This document shows, one piece after another, positions 55,055 through 64,000 of a DNA stretch of 64,000 bases (within the stretch, counting starts at the first letter, position 1; each line of letters starts with the position of its first letter). Position numbers and translations under genes: made by a program. Under the pieces are notes generated by a model that worked only from the letters and a program-made list of their open reading frames with translations, was not told the origin of the DNA and ran no database searches. The DNA comes from an uncultured Methanoregulaceae archaeon (GTDB taxonomy: Archaea > Halobacteriota > Methanomicrobia > Methanomicrobiales > Methanospirillaceae): assembly GCA_963705255.1 (NCBI GenBank), contig OY970061.1, positions 160,001-224,000 of the forward strand, read 5' to 3'.

Positions 55055-57049
55055 TCACCCGAAATCCCCGATCTCGGTAACACCCCTCTCCCGCTTCCTG
55101 GAAAGCCCCGCCGAGAACGCATACTCCACCTCCCCCCACGCCTTCTCCAGCAGCCCGCGGTAGTACGGCACGTCAAACGTCCCCGCATCCCACTCCGTAT
55201 CTACGATATACCTGCGGGCGTCCCGCACCACGTACCGGATCTTCATGCCCGGCGCAATGCCCGTCCCGCTCCTGCGGTACGCCTCCACCGCCGCCCCCTC
55301 CACGCAGCGGTGGGCGTACGTGAGGTGGCTGATCCGCCGGCTGATGAGCATCTCGCCCGGGTCCGCATCCGGCAGCCGCTCCACCGCGTCCCGGTAGATC
55401 TCCCGCACCCTCCCCTCCAGTTCCCGGAGTCCCGCGAGGGTGGGTGCCTTCCCCATCTCCGCGACCATCCCGCGCTGCATGGTGCGGATGTACTCCGGGG
55501 TGTCGTGCCGCCGGGCGGCAATCCCCCGTACCTTCACGCTGCCGTCCGCACGCCTCCCGTAATAGCGGTTGTAGGCACCGGAGCCGTCGTTCTGCGGGAG
55601 GAAGACGATCCAGTCGAAGTGATCGAGCTCGGTGGACAGGCGGGTCTCCCGGTCCACCCGCTCCTGCAGGGCCGCGACCGGCGACCCCTGCACCCAGAGG
55701 CAGTCCACGATCCCGTGCAGCACGGTAAAGCCCATCTCCTCGGCGATCTCTTTTGTCTGCAGCAGGATCTCGCGGGACTGTCCGGTGATCGATTCGTGGA
55801 CCTCGATCCTCCCGAACTTTGCATTCTTGTAGCCCGTATACCCGAAACAGGTTACAAGCATCCACTTCAGGATGGAATCGATGCCAGCGATCCTGGGATT
55901 GGTCTTCTTCAATCGTTTGGTGGTGATACGAAGCTGGAGGAGGGGTGCCAGTGCAGCGGGAAGAAACCCCGGCCGCTCCGGGTGCTCAATTGTTTCCGGC
56001 GACAGGTTCGCCCTCACGATGATCGCGGGGTACATGGACGTGAAATCGATCTCCTCCACGTTCTCATAAACCCCCGGGGCCGGCTGGAGCATCATCCCGC
56101 CCCGGTCCGCGGCCTGGAGCGAGGCTACGTGCCGGGCCGTCTCGGGGTCGCTCTTCCGGAACGGGACCGCGATCCCCTGCTTTACCGCCTCGCAGACCTC
56201 GTAGCTGCTGATGAGGGTGCCCGGGGTGAAGCGGGAGGCGAGGTTCGGGGAGAGCCCGGAGAGCCGTGCGGCCATGAAGACGCCCCCGAGCCCGCCTTCC
56301 TGGTACACGAACGACTGCTCTGTATCGATCAGGATGCGCCCGTCCGGGATGAGGGCCGGCACCTTGTGCTCCATCCGCCCGTAACTCCAGTAGGAGCGGG
56401 ACTCCATCTTCCGGTATCTCCCGTTCCGCGAGAACGGCATCCCGAGGCCGAGTTTCCGTGCCCGCTCCTGCAGTTTCGGCATCCAGCTGTCCGCATCCGG
56501 CATGAGGAGGACGTCAGGGTCGGTGGCGGCAACAAGGGAGAAGAGGTCGGCGAGCACCTTCTTTTCCTGCCCGGCCAGCCGCTCGGTCCGTTCGTGGACC
56601 AGCTCGATATCCGAGAAGGCGGCGTGTGCCGGGTTGCCGCGGACCCGGATGCTGGCGATATCCAGCTCGTGCCGGAACTCCGGGGAGAAGCGTGAGCTGT
56701 CGCCGTTCCCGCACGGGAAGAGCCCGTGCCCGGCCATGAACCGCTGGTCCCGGCGCACGTCAACGTTGAAGAGGTCCACGTTGAACCCTGCCTGCAGCTC
56801 GATCGCCTCGGCGACATCGCGGCCCGCGTACACCGAGTTGCCCGGGAGGTCCCCGAAGATGGTGCGGATGGTGCACTCCTCCGCACGATAGCGCTCGCCG
56901 AGCGCATCGATCATTCCGGCGTGCTCGTGCGGGTCGCGGAAGTGGACGAGGAAGGGCGGCTCGTAATCGTGGTGCACCTTTGTCACGGTGCCGTCCTTCG
57001 ACCACAGATCCACGCCGCCGTCCCGGTACGCGGAGTCAAAGATCCACAT
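55055..57049 (-). CDS. polB2: Family B DNA polymerase, PolB2 group (degenerate exonuclease domain)
   Basis: Start MWIFDS; DFTSMYP, KWMLVTCFGYTG, HGIVDCLW replacing YGDTDS, KVRGI. Confidence 0.9.
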   Translation of the reverse strand: MWIFDSAYRDGGVDLWSKDGTVTKVHHDYEPPFLVHFRDPHEHAGMIDALGERYRAEECTIRTIFGDLPGNSVYAGRDVAEAIELQAGFNVDLFNVDVRRDQRFMAGHGLFPCGNGDSSRFSPEFRHELDIASIRVRGNPAHAAFSDIELVHERTERLAGQEKKVLADLFSLVAATDPDVLLMPDADSWMPKLQERARKLGLGMPFSRNGRYRKMESRSYWSYGRMEHKVPALIPDGRILIDTEQSFVYQEGGLGGVFMAARLSGLSPNLASRFTPGTLISSYEVCEAVKQGIAVPFRKSDPETARHVASLQAADRGGMMLQPAPGVYENVEEIDFTSMYPAIIVRANLSPETIEHPERPGFLPAALAPLLQLRITTKRLKKTNPRIAGIDSILKWMLVTCFGYTGYKNAKFGRIEVHESITGQSREILLQTKEIAEEMGFTVLHGIVDCLWVQGSPVAALQERVDRETRLSTELDHFDWIVFLPQNDGSGAYNRYYGRRADGSVKVRGIAARRHDTPEYIRTMQRGMVAEMGKAPTLAGLRELEGRVREIYRDAVERLPDADPGEMLISRRISHLTYAHRCVEGAAVEAYRRSGTGIAPGMKIRYVVRDARRYIVDTEWDAGTFDVPYYRGLLEKAWGEVEYAFSAGLSRKRERGVTEIGDFG

Positions 57050-57272
57050 CGTCCTCCTCCTGATACCTGAGCAGCTCGACGAGTGCCGAGAAGAGCGCGG
57101 CTTCAAGCGGGCTGTCGCAGGCCACGAACGCCTCGCTGGAATGCATCGTTGCCAGTCCTGCCAGCTTCTCCCCGCAGGACCGCTCCTCCTTCCGGAGCGC
57201 CCGGGCCGAGCGGGCCCAGCGGCCTGAAACAGTCTTTGCCCCCTGCCGCACGCTCTCAAAACTCCTGCCCGT
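57036..57272 (-). CDS. Small PolB2-associated protein (arCOG07300-like); apparent ACG start
   Basis: (M)GRSFESVRQ..RALRKEER..HSSEAF..PLEAALFSALVE, lying between iRadA and polB2. Confidence 0.75.
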   Translation of the reverse strand, partial: TGRSFESVRQGAKTVSGRWARSARALRKEERSCGEKLAGLATMHSSEAFVACDSPLEAALFSALVELLRYQEEDDVDL

Positions 57273-57799
57273 CAGGACACCTCCAGGGTCTGCTGGGCCC
57301 GTGGTGGCGGGCCGCCCCTCCGGTGGAACCGTGTATCGCGGGGGCGGGGGTGCTGTCCCATCTCACCGGGCGGCAGGAGTTCGATCAGCCGGTCCGCCTG
57401 CCGGGCCAGCGCCGCAAACGAGCGGTCCATGGCAGGGGAGTACAGGATGACCAGCGCCTCGCGTCCCTTATCCCTGAGCGCTGCGGCGGCCGGGGCAAGC
57501 AGGCGCTCCCCCCCGTCGAACAGGGTCGGGTCGTGCTCGACGAAGACGACCGTATGGCCGGCCTCGTTCAGGACGGTCAGGAGCTGATCCGCGGTGAACG
57601 GCCTGCGGACCTCGAAGTTCGCGGACGTCCGGCCGATGCCGGAGAGGAGCCGCGAGTAGTTGCCGCAAACGAAGAGGAAGAGGAACCGCTGGAGATCAGG
57701 ATTCCCGTTGAGCGCCGCGAGGACGAACGCCTGCGGTGCTATCACTGCCGTGAATGTGCCCGGGTGGAGGGTGATCCCCCTGCGCAGCTCGATCCGCAT
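57272..57799 (-). CDS. Inactivated RadA/RecA-like protein of the PolB2 operon
   Basis: LFVCGNYS, VRRPFTADQLLT, VFVEHDP; no Walker A motif; operonic with polB2. Confidence 0.72.
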   Translation of the reverse strand: MRIELRRGITLHPGTFTAVIAPQAFVLAALNGNPDLQRFLFLFVCGNYSRLLSGIGRTSANFEVRRPFTADQLLTVLNEAGHTVVFVEHDPTLFDGGERLLAPAAAALRDKGREALVILYSPAMDRSFAALARQADRLIELLPPGEMGQHPRPRDTRFHRRGGPPPRAQQTLEVS

Positions 57800-57987
57800 G
57801 GCACCGGATCACTGCAGGAACTGCACGGATAATGCTGGTGCGCGGGGGGTGAAAGTGCCTCCTGCCGCCAGCCCGCCGCCGGAAACCGGGCCTGGCACGG
57901 TGCGTCACTACGTGAGACCCCGGCGCCCCCCCGGCAGTATTATCAGCCAGTCCGTTCCACAAGCCTGAGAGGCACGGAGCCGGACGC

Positions 57988-58230
57988 ATGGTACACCTAG
58001 ACTGCATGCACGGGATGATCGCAGGGTACGTCGCATCGCCCAAGGGGCAGGAAGCGATGCGGAATTTTCTCTCTTCGCCGGAGGGCCAGAGGGCCATCGA
58101 TGCCTATCTTGCTACGCCGGCCGGGCAGCGGATGGCCTGCCTCGTCCTCGCCCGGGCACTCGACGGCCTCGACCTCCCGGCAGAGGTCAAGGCGGAGATC
58201 CGCAGATCGCTCGACGCAAAAATGGCATGA
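57988..58230 (+). CDS. Small hypothetical helical protein
   Basis: 80-aa ORF with a repeated (Y/F)(L/V)xSPxGQ motif. Confidence 0.6.
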   Translation: MVHLDCMHGMIAGYVASPKGQEAMRNFLSSPEGQRAIDAYLATPAGQRMACLVLARALDGLDLPAEVKAEIRRSLDAKMA

Positions 58231-58311
58231 AGGCCCTAGGGGAACAGACGTGAATCAATCGCGGATGAGGCGGATTCCCTGCTATTCCGGAAAGTCATTT
58301 TTTTAAAACGG

Positions 58312-59562
58312 TCAGGATACCGGAGTCCCGACCCGTTTAACTGCAACGCCGCCTTTCATGACGAAATCAACGTTTTCCGTGACCGTGATATCCTTGAACG
58401 GATTCCCCGGCATGGCAACGATGTCGGCAGATCTTCCCGGGGCGAGGACCCCGATATCGTCCCTCTGGAGGAGTTCTGCAGCCATGCCCGTTGCTGCCCG
58501 GAGTGCCCTGACAGGAGGTATCCCGTTGGTCACCATCTCGCCAAACTCCCGTGCCCCGTTCGTCCGGTACGAGAAGATACCCAGATCGGTCCCGAATGCG
58601 ATTTTCACGGAGCTGTTCGCGACAGTCCTTGCACCGTTCAGGAGCTCATCCCGGTATTTCCGCATTTTCATCCGCATATGGGGCGGGGCATTGAGGGCAG
58701 CCCAAGAGGCCTCATCATCCGCCATCCGGGCCGGCCGGGTGGCCATGAGCTGCGTGGGGACAATATACACCCCCTTCTCCTCCATGAGGCGGAGGGTTTC
58801 TGCGGATACCATACTCCCGTGCTCGACAGACCTCACACCGGCGAGTACCGAACGATGGATCGCTTCGTCTCCAAAGACATGGACCGATACCGGGCGGTTG
58901 AAGTCCCGCGCCGCTGCAACGAGGGCATTCATCTCTTCCTGCGTATAGGTTACCTGGGTAGGATCATCCCCGGCTGTCGAGAAACCTCCTGATGCTGCGT
59001 ATTTCACCCATTCGGCGCCATGTTTGATCTCGTTCCGTACAACCTTCCGGATTTCGTCCGGACCGTCAGCAAGGCAGTTCTCCCAGGGATGGTTTTCCGG
59101 GGCGAGGGAGAGCATGGCATTCATGTGGCCCCCGCGGGAGGAGATTATGTGACCCGAATCGATCAGCCGTGGACCGGGAATGATGCCCCGTTCCGAGGCC
59201 AGTTTCAGGTCCCGGACCGTGAACCCGTGGAGGTCCATATCCCCGCAGTCCCGCACGGTGGTGAAACCATGCATGAGCAGGGTCTTGAGTGCCTCTGCAC
59301 CCAGGAGGGCTTTGTATGACGGGGAATAACTCCAGAAACTGCCGATCAGTTCGGGCCTGAGGGTGAGATGGACATGGCAGTCAATAAGACCGGGCATGAC
59401 CATATGGCCGGGAAGATCGATGATCTCTGCATCGCGTGGTTCCCGGACGGTCTTTCCGATCTCTGCAATGGTCTCACCGAGGACCAGGATCTCCCGCGGC
59501 CCGAGCGGTTTTTGTGCAGTCCCGTCCCAGACATTCCCCGCACGGATGACAACGGGGGTCAT
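58312..59562 (-). CDS. Amidohydrolase family (Xaa-Pro dipeptidase-like)
   Basis: MPGLIDCHVH, GFTTVRD, VSVH, SVEHG, FGTD. Confidence 0.93.
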   Translation of the reverse strand: MTPVVIRAGNVWDGTAQKPLGPREILVLGETIAEIGKTVREPRDAEIIDLPGHMVMPGLIDCHVHLTLRPELIGSFWSYSPSYKALLGAEALKTLLMHGFTTVRDCGDMDLHGFTVRDLKLASERGIIPGPRLIDSGHIISSRGGHMNAMLSLAPENHPWENCLADGPDEIRKVVRNEIKHGAEWVKYAASGGFSTAGDDPTQVTYTQEEMNALVAAARDFNRPVSVHVFGDEAIHRSVLAGVRSVEHGSMVSAETLRLMEEKGVYIVPTQLMATRPARMADDEASWAALNAPPHMRMKMRKYRDELLNGARTVANSSVKIAFGTDLGIFSYRTNGAREFGEMVTNGIPPVRALRAATGMAAELLQRDDIGVLAPGRSADIVAMPGNPFKDITVTENVDFVMKGGVAVKRVGTPVS

Positions 59563-59984
59563 CGGGATACCTGCCGATCCGGTGTATCCCGGGGATGGAC
59601 ATCGCACAGCTCGCGGAGTGCAGGCGCAAGGACCCGGGTCTTCCCCACGAGCGCTGCGATCAGGATCGTGTCGTAAATCTCGTCCCTGCCGGCACCTTCT
59701 TTTGCGGCTGCACGGATGTGCACCTGCATACAGTATTCCGCCCCTGCACTTACAGCTGCTGCCAGTGCAATCAGCTCGGCGGTCTTTGAGGATATATGCT
59801 TTGGCCGGCAGACCATCTCATCCGCAATTGAAGAGAGCGCGAAATACCCCGGCCGTTCCCGCAGAACGGGCAGGATAAACGGCATGCTGCCCAGCATCTC
59901 CTGAGTGTCGGTAAGGATATCATCGCTCATTCCATCTGCACGGGAAAGGAAGTCGTCCAGTGCCTTCTGGTTCTCTTTTCTCAT
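59559..59984 (-). CDS. Carboxymuconolactone decarboxylase/AhpD family protein
   Basis: KTAELIALAAAVSAGAEYCMQVHIRAAAKEGA. Confidence 0.9.
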   Translation of the reverse strand: MRKENQKALDDFLSRADGMSDDILTDTQEMLGSMPFILPVLRERPGYFALSSIADEMVCRPKHISSKTAELIALAAAVSAGAEYCMQVHIRAAAKEGAGRDEIYDTILIAALVGKTRVLAPALRELCDVHPRDTPDRQVSR

Positions 59985-60329
59985 CAGTCTACTCCGGAAT
60001 TAGCAGTAATATGTTCCCTCTGTTAGTGCCGGATAGCATAAACCATACGCAATGCAATAGCCGCCCGTGCCGGAGTGGATCTGACCGTGATCTGCCGGTT
60101 TGTCCCGGCGGTCTGCAAGGCGTCAGGAGTACCACGTCCCCATGAATATCGTGGACCCCTCCTTCCTGGAAAATGTAATCGTATCCGGGGACCCGCCCAC
60201 GGGATATACAGGAGGGATAACCTGACGATACGTAACGGGAAGATACGATGAAAAAAGAGTTATCCGGGTTACCCTGACCCCCGTGCTTTGGCGGGTATGC
60301 CTGGCCACCGTGGCATGAGATACCCGTCC

Positions 60330-61111
60330 CTACCTGAACGCATAGGCGTCCATGCCGAGGTCGCCCAGGTCCCAGCTGTGGTGGATGACCGTACCCCGTG
60401 CACCCGCCCCGGCAGCACCGAGTGCAGCGAGGATGGGCATGTAGTGGTCCGGGTAGGGGTGGGCACGCCCCGCGTGGGGGGCGAGCGTGCGGTAGCGGAG
60501 AAGGCTCTCCCGGTCCCCCCGGCGGACGGCATCTGCCAGCCAGTCGTTGAACTCCATGGCCCACGGTTCGGTGGCAGCGCCGGGACCGAGCGATGCGGTC
60601 GGGTCGCCCAGCGGGTGGACTGCGCCGCCGCTGCAGAGGATAAGCACCCCCTCGTCCCTCACGGCCCCGATCGCTTCGCCGAGTGCGAGGTGGGCAGCCG
60701 GGTCGAGGCTGCGCTGGATCGAGAGCTGGACAACGGGGACGTCTGCTCCGGGGTACATGAGCCGTACGGGCACCCATGCCCCGTGGTCGAGGCCCCGGGC
60801 GGGATCGGTGTCGCAGGGAAGGCCGGCTCTTCTGAGGAGAGTGGCCACCCGCCCGGCAAGGGCGGGGCTGCCGGGTGCCGGGTATCGATCCGGTAGAGCC
60901 CGGGCGGGAACCCGTAAAAATCGTGGATCGTGCTGTTCCGCGGGGTGGAGCTGACCGCAGGACGGATCGTGTTCCAGTGCGCGGAGATGCAGAGCACTGC
61001 TTTTACGGTCCTGTACTGCCCGCCGAGCTCCACGAGAAACTGCCGTGCGGGGATATCCTCGATGGTGAGCGTGGGCGCACCGTGGGAGACGAAGAGTACC
61101 GGTAACTGCAT
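60330..61111 (-). CDS. DODA/LigB-type extradiol dioxygenase (frameshift near 60890)
   Basis: PVLFVSHGAP, ISAHW, IHDFYGFP, LDHGAWVP, SGGAVH, AHPYPDH. Confidence 0.92.
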
Positions 61112-61195
61112 GGTAAGAAGAGGATCCGGCCCGGCGGGTAAAAAGATGCCGGTTCCGGCAACCCCGGCGGGGTTTGACGGTACGACCGGTCCCGA

Positions 61196-61756
61196 TCAGT
61201 GCTCGTGGATCGGGACGTCGAAGAAGATGTTCTTGCCGGATGCCTTGAGCGGGATACCGTAGGCCACGCTGCACCCCCTGAGGTGCCCGGATTTGAGTGC
61301 TGCGACACCGGCGCTGAACATGACCCGGTTGTCGACATTGTGGATCGCAGCGGTCTTTACGGCCGAACCGACCGCGATCCCGATGTCGGAGATCTTGAAG
61401 ACGCAGTTCGGGCCCGGGTAGAGCGCCTTCTTTCCCTTCGCCTTCACCAGTGCCTTTGCCATCGCCGAACAGGTATCGTACCCGCAGCCGCCGCAGTTGA
61501 TGCCGAGGGTCTTCTGCCCCTCGACCCCTATCAGCAGGGTGGCGTCGCTTGCCCTGACCTGTTCGCCATTGGCACGGAAGAAGCCCTTGCCCGGTTCCTC
61601 TGCCATGGCTATCATCTTTCCGGCAAGTTTCTCCTGCTCTTTTCCGGTCAGTATCTCGATCTTTACCGAGTCCAGCCCGACCGCTTTCGGGGCCGTCCGC
61701 GCAGCGAGCGCCATGAGGGAGGCAACCGTTCTCACCGCTTCAGATTCAGCAGTCAT
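61196..61756 (-). CDS. DUF2148 ferredoxin-like domain protein
   Basis: AARTAPKA, NCGGCGYDTC, GPNC, DIGIAVGSA, VDNRVM, KNIFFD. Confidence 0.88.
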   Translation of the reverse strand: MTAESEAVRTVASLMALAARTAPKAVGLDSVKIEILTGKEQEKLAGKMIAMAEEPGKGFFRANGEQVRASDATLLIGVEGQKTLGINCGGCGYDTCSAMAKALVKAKGKKALYPGPNCVFKISDIGIAVGSAVKTAAIHNVDNRVMFSAGVAALKSGHLRGCSVAYGIPLKASGKNIFFDVPIHEH

Positions 61757-61850
61757 GCAGGGTACTGAGGCACCCGGAGACAAAAAAGTGTGGCCTGAAG
61801 GAGATAGTTTGTCCGGGAAAAGCGACGGTACATGGGGAAGAACGCTTCTT

Positions 61851-63029
61851 TTACGCCCTGCCGTTTCCGGGCGGCCTGCCGGAACCTGCGTGGCCGATCC
61901 GGTAATCTCCCGGGGGCACCGTTATCTCGAACCGCGCCCCCGTCCCTTCCGTGCCGGTCTCCTTGATCGAGACGCCGGTGATGGAGAGGATCTCACGGAT
62001 CAGGAAGAGGCCGAGTCCGGAGTCCCTGCCAAACCCTTTGGTAAAGATATGCTGCTTCTCATCGGCCGGGATCCCCACACCGTCGTCTTCGCAGATGATC
62101 ACGAGAGCGGAGTCCGACAAGTGGTACGAGAAGGCGATGCGGGTCACCGTTCCCCCGTGCCTGAGGGCATTGTGGATCAGGTTGTAGAATACTTTCCCGA
62201 TCATGGGGTCGGCAAAGATCTCCAGCCGGTCGAGATCCACGGAGATCTCTGCCGTACCATGGTCCAGGTGCCGGGCAGCCTCCCGGATAACCGTTGCAAC
62301 CTGGTGCCATACCGGGATCTGCGAACCGATCTCCTGGTAATCCCGGGTGAAGGCAATCTGGTCCTGGATGGCGAGGGAGGTCTTCTCCAGGATCTCCAGA
62401 TGTTCTGTTACCGGCCCGTCTCCGGCGATATCTTTTATGGCGTCAAGTTCCACCAGCAGGGCGAAGACGCGGTTGGAGATGTCATGCCGGGTGATCTGCG
62501 AGAGCAGGGTGAGTTTCCGGTTTGCCATGGCGAGTGCGGCCTCGACCCGCCTCCGCTCGGCAATGTCCCGGTTCAGCTCCTCGTTGACCTCGGACAGCTC
62601 GCGTGTCCTCAGCGTGACGCGTTCTTCGAGCGTCCGTGCCAGCACTTCGAGGTGCTCCTGTGCCGTGCGCCGCTCGGCTACCTCTGCTTCGAGGCTCGTG
62701 TAACTGGTCTTGATCTCCCAGACCAGAAGGGAGATGATGGCCAGCATCAGGATGAAGACGGCCCGGTCGGGAAGATCCGAAGGATTCACGCGGGCAGACC
62801 CCGATATGAGGCTGCCCAGGAGGATTGTCAGGGTGAGGAGCCATGCTGTAAAGAACGGTGCGTACCGGTGCCGGAGCCAGACCGACATGAGGAGAGGGAT
62901 CAGGTACAGGATCCAGATGACGAACCCGAGGGGGATGAGGACGTCGGCGGATACGATCCCGATGCAGAGACAGAGCATGGACAGCTGGATGAGCCGGTCC
63001 TTTTCCTGTGGTGTTTTCCCAAGGTCCAC
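61851..63029 (-). CDS. Membrane sensor histidine kinase
   Basis: N-terminal TM bundle; ITRHDISN, NLIHNALRHG, DDGVG, GLGLF. Confidence 0.92.
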   Translation of the reverse strand: MDLGKTPQEKDRLIQLSMLCLCIGIVSADVLIPLGFVIWILYLIPLLMSVWLRHRYAPFFTAWLLTLTILLGSLISGSARVNPSDLPDRAVFILMLAIISLLVWEIKTSYTSLEAEVAERRTAQEHLEVLARTLEERVTLRTRELSEVNEELNRDIAERRRVEAALAMANRKLTLLSQITRHDISNRVFALLVELDAIKDIAGDGPVTEHLEILEKTSLAIQDQIAFTRDYQEIGSQIPVWHQVATVIREAARHLDHGTAEISVDLDRLEIFADPMIGKVFYNLIHNALRHGGTVTRIAFSYHLSDSALVIICEDDGVGIPADEKQHIFTKGFGRDSGLGLFLIREILSITGVSIKETGTEGTGARFEITVPPGDYRIGHAGSGRPPGNGRA

Positions 63030-63411
63030 CGGGATGATAGGATCCCTTCCGGATGATGGGGTATATGATGCGTAAAATCATAAGTACCTTGCTTTCTGAT
63101 CGCTGTGGTGCCGGAATGACAGACGGATCTCTTTCTGACATCGCTTTCATCTACCGGGTACCGGTATTCTCGCCGGAGGACGCGGATGCCGGTATTTTTT
63201 TGACCCGGATGAGATTCCGGAGGGTTGCATGCCGTTAATCCCAATTCCCGGGAACTTTGTTCAGCCCCGGTTCCTGACACCGGAAAAATTTCAGGGGATC
63301 AGGCGGATCGGTCCGGCATCCGGAATACAACCAGAATAAAATATAATTATATTTATACAATTCCAGGAGGAGGGGAAAAATATTTCCATTACCAGATGAT
63401 ATTTAAAGCTA

Positions 63412-64000
63412 ATGTTCTCCCTCCTCTATGTGGATGACGAGGCCGACCTGCTTCAACTGGGAAAACTGTTCCTCGAAAAAGGGGGGGAATTTTCTGTTGC
63501 CACGGAAGATTCTGCGCGGAACGGGCTGCAGAAACTGGCAGAATGCCGGTTCGATGCCGTCATTTCCGATTACCAGATGTCGGGCATGGACGGCATCGGG
63601 CTGCTCAAACAGGTGAGGTTACACTACGGCAGCCTTCCCTTCCTCCTCTTTACCGGGAGGGGACGGGAAGAGGTCGTCATCGAGGCGATCAACAACGGCG
63701 CCGACTTCTATGTCCAGAAGGGAGGCGACCCCCGCTCCCAGTTCGCTGAACTCCGGTATAAGATCCTGATCGCCATCGAGCGCAGGAGGGCGGTCGATGC
63801 ACTCCGGATCGAGAACGAGAAGAACCGGGGTCTCATGGACCATGCCAACGATGCCATTTTCATCGCTGATGCAGAGACGGGAATGCTCATCGATGCCAAC
63901 ACGAAAGCCCAGGCCATGCTCGGCAGGTCCCTGGAAGAGATCCGTGCCATGCACCAGAGCGAGCTGCACCCGAAGGATGAGATCGATCTTTATAAGGAGT
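63412..64000 (+). CDS. REC-PAS signalling protein (runs off window end)
   Basis: Manual translation MFSLLYVDDE..ISDYQM..FTGRGREEVVIEAINNGADFYVQKG..HANDAIFIAD. Confidence 0.9.
   Translation, partial: MFSLLYVDDEADLLQLGKLFLEKGGEFSVATEDSARNGLQKLAECRFDAVISDYQMSGMDGIGLLKQVRLHYGSLPFLLFTGRGREEVVIEAINNGADFYVQKGGDPRSQFAELRYKILIAIERRRAVDALRIENEKNRGLMDHANDAIFIADAETGMLIDANTKAQAMLGRSLEEIRAMHQSELHPKDEIDLYKE

Noticed and set aside
54122-55335. Diversity-generating retroelement TR/VR pair at the polB2 C-terminus
   Set aside because: Differences are not adenine-specific on either strand (C/G, G/T and G/A changes, many synonymous), and there is no reverse transcriptase in the window

Overview
Archaeal chromosomal segment, most likely from a Methanomicrobiales methanogen (Methanoregula-like). 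Evidence: archaeal GlyRS, Hef, UPF0147/UPF0148, DUF2115, a MEMAR_RS02690-type S-layer protein with a PGF-CTERM-like tail, and bacterial-type gyrase. At least 14 genes, including glyS, gyrA and gyrB, carry single-base frameshifts, which points to uncorrected long-read indel errors rather than real pseudogenes. Main blocks: (1) housekeeping and metabolic genes at 1-32 kb, with a small accessory patch (Trypco2-like gene, hicBA, about 1 kb of phased A-tract DNA) between glyS and hef; (2) a nickel locus at 32.7-41.2 kb in which two outward-facing nikR paralogues bracket a NikMNQO transporter and an S-layer gene; (3) a partly AT-rich defence-like island at 43.4-54.1 kb: type I R-M, a proteasome-beta-like Ntn hydrolase with an unannotated 46-aa membrane peptide, a CARF-like/wHTH regulator, an ASCH-TcmP-radical SAM operon, an 11-unit 32-bp palindromic repeat array and a vapBC remnant; (4) a PolB2/iRadA mutagenesis-type cassette with a duplicated 3' end; (5) redox and signalling genes. 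A dispersed non-coding element that appears to grow by adding ~20-bp hairpin modules occurs at several intergenic sites. All family calls come from motif recognition by eye, not from database searches.
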